Shown: piece by piece, positions 63,561 through 64,000 of the stretch
How the letters are laid out: every line of letters starts with the position of its first letter
Numbering within the stretch: position 1 is the stretch's first letter
From: Antechinus flavipes
Lineage: Eukaryota
Reading direction: 5' to 3'
Length of the DNA: 64,000 bases
NCBI RefSeq assembly: GCF_016432865.1
Contig: NC_067398.1
Span: 551,490,001 to 551,554,000, forward strand
Program-made: the position numbers and the translations under genes
The notes under the pieces: model-generated
What the model saw: the letters and a program-made list of their open reading frames with translations, nothing else
What the model was told of the DNA's origin: nothing
Database searches by the model: none

Positions 63561-64000
63561 CTTAGACTCTCTTTTGCTCAGTATTCTCTCCAGTGCTCTG
63601 GAGCCTGTGTTGAAATAAATTCACCCCCAGCCACCAGCTCCTGTGTTGTCTCCTATCTGTTTACTTTTTCCTCATACCTCCTGCTCCTGCCTGTGGCTGC
63701 ATTACAAGACATCATATCACTACAGCTCTAAGATGGACCTTAAGGGAGAGCCTTGATCTAAACATTTGCCTCTCTCAGCCAGTCTCCCCAGTCAGTGATA
63801 CTCTGCTTGGACACACTTCTCAAAAATGAGAATAACACTGTCCCCATTCAGTGATTCTTGAACCCTATCTATTATACAAACCCTGTTCTCCATAGCTGCT
63901 TACTTACTGCCATGTCTTTCTATCCTACCCTATAATGTTCTACTCTGTATCTATCTTTCCTTTCCATGCTCTCTGGAATGCCTATTCCATACTTAGCCAA

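Noticed and set aside
1-64000. CRISPR arrays, operons or other prokaryotic or viral systems
   Set aside because: No regularly spaced repeat-spacer array, no long ORFs; the sequence is clearly marsupial non-coding DNA.

Overview
Non-coding, AT-rich, repeat-dense vertebrate DNA from a marsupial, most likely a dasyurid such as the Tasmanian devil. This is inferred from WSINE1 and MAR1 CORE-SINEs, marsupial RTE and L1 elements, and two OC1-type hAT MITEs. No recognisable protein-coding gene, tRNA, rRNA or viral ORF was found. Every ORF in the supplied track that I could interpret is TE-derived, low-complexity, spans an N-gap, or is a chance ORF. Most of the window is decayed L1, L2, L3/CR1, RTE, MIR, MAR1 and WSINE1, plus two probable solo LTRs, hAT MITEs, long purine/pyrimidine tracts and two assembly gaps. 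The most notable items are: (1) a 7SL (SRP RNA)-derived retrocopy with a pure A23 tail and TSD at 51.5-51.8 kb; (2) a ~170 bp, ~90% identical inverted duplication of non-repeat sequence at 42.2-42.9 kb with a small palindrome at both outer ends; (3) an older direct duplication of a MIR/L3 junction at 39-40.7 kb; (4) a nested RTE/WSINE1/LTR/hAT stack at 34.3-36.2 kb; (5) several strong plus-strand GT-AG exon candidates with open frames but no recognisable homology. I cannot establish a novel biological system from the sequence alone. TE family names are from recall, and boundaries lacking a TSD or TIR are approximate (+/- 20-50 bp).
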